This document shows positions 1 to 217 of a stretch of DNA of 217 bases, piece after piece. Where the stretch lies: assembly GCF_003334385.1 (NCBI RefSeq), contig NZ_QOWN01000228.1; one strand, 5' to 3'. A model generated the notes under the pieces. That model saw only the letters and a program-made list of their open reading frames with translations. It was not told the DNA's origin and did no database searches. This DNA comes from Escherichia coli (GTDB lineage: Bacteria > Pseudomonadota > Gammaproteobacteria > Enterobacterales > Enterobacteriaceae). How positions within the stretch are numbered: the stretch's first letter is position 1; every line of letters begins with the position of its first letter. The translations under genes and the position numbers were made by a program.

Positions 1-217
1 CCGCGTGTAGAACACCAGGCGGTGCTGGCTGTCGTAGTGGTGGGTCCGCTCGTCGTGCATCCGTATCACCCCTTCCGGGATGCGGTCCGTCTTCTCCGCC
101 AGCCTGCCGTATTCATCGTGGCGGTAGACATAGTGCGCATCTTCCGCGATGCGGTTATCCGGCCATGCCGTGAGCGTGCTGTCCGGGTGCAGTTCCGGGT
201 CCGGCAGCCGGTTTCCT
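1..217 (-). CDS. rhs: Rhs-family / YD-repeat protein, conserved core region (internal fragment, truncated at both window edges)
   Basis: Seen in sequence: minus-strand frame with codons at + 216..1 is open for all 72 codons and translates to [72 protein letters not shown]. The other two minus frames carry stops (TAA at + 155-157, TGA at + 68-70). About 85% of codons end in G/C (61/72). Established knowledge: YD-repeat-like motifs ([19 protein letters not shown]) and overall similarity to enterobacterial Rhs core sequence as recalled. Family-level symbol only; the paralogue (rhsA/B/C/D etc.) cannot be assigned from this fragment. Confidence 0.88.

Noticed and set aside
58-60. Minus-strand ATG (Met53 of the fragment) as a possible internal start codon.
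   Set aside because: The reading frame is open and Rhs-like both upstream and downstream of it, and there is no Shine-Dalgarno-like purine-rich stretch immediately upstream on the minus strand. It is an internal Met of the core, not a start site.
44-204. Recurring short motifs tccgg / gtccg(g) at about 44-48, 74-78, 85-89, 158-162, 182-186, 194-198 and 200-204.
   Set aside because: They are 5-6 bp long, irregularly spaced, and arise from repeated Pro-Asp / Pro-Glu and similar codon pairs in the minus-strand frame (LPDPELHPD...WPD). They are not CRISPR repeats, tandem repeats or binding-site arrays.
201-211. Near-palindrome ccggc-a-gccgg (5-bp arms around a single base).
   Set aside because: A one-base spacer cannot form a stable hairpin loop, there is no T-tract, and the motif lies inside the coding frame (codons for Arg-Leu-Pro). 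It is most likely a chance palindrome in GC-rich coding DNA, not a terminator or operator.
1-217. Plus-strand frame 1 is open across the entire window ([72 protein letters not shown]), antisense to the Rhs frame.
   Set aside because: Open antisense frames are expected by chance opposite GC-rich coding sequence with strong GC3 bias. The product is low-complexity (Val/Arg-rich) with no recognisable motif, whereas the minus-strand frame gives a clear Rhs-family sequence. It has no start codon context and no independent support.
1-217. Search for promoter (-35/-10), rho-independent terminator, tRNA/ncRNA structure or mobile-element inverted repeats.
   Set aside because: No AT-rich -10-like hexamer with a suitably spaced -35, no GC-stem plus T-run, and no long inverted or direct repeats are present. 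The window is uniformly coding and GC-rich.

Overview
The whole 217-bp window is an internal fragment of a single protein-coding gene on the minus strand, and it reads as the conserved core of an Rhs-family (YD-repeat, polymorphic toxin) protein. The reverse-strand frame starting at + position 216 is open through position 1 (72 codons, no start or stop in the window) and translates to [72 protein letters not shown]. This contains degenerate YD-repeat units and closely resembles enterobacterial (E. coli-type) Rhs core sequence as I recall it; I cannot assign a paralogue. Composition is GC-rich (140/217 = 64.5% GC; 61 of 72 codons, about 85%, end in G/C). I see no promoter, terminator, RNA gene, CRISPR array or mobile-element terminus. 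Nothing novel is demonstrable inside this window: the variable C-terminal toxin domain and immunity gene, where any novelty at an rhs locus would sit, lie off-window beyond position 1.
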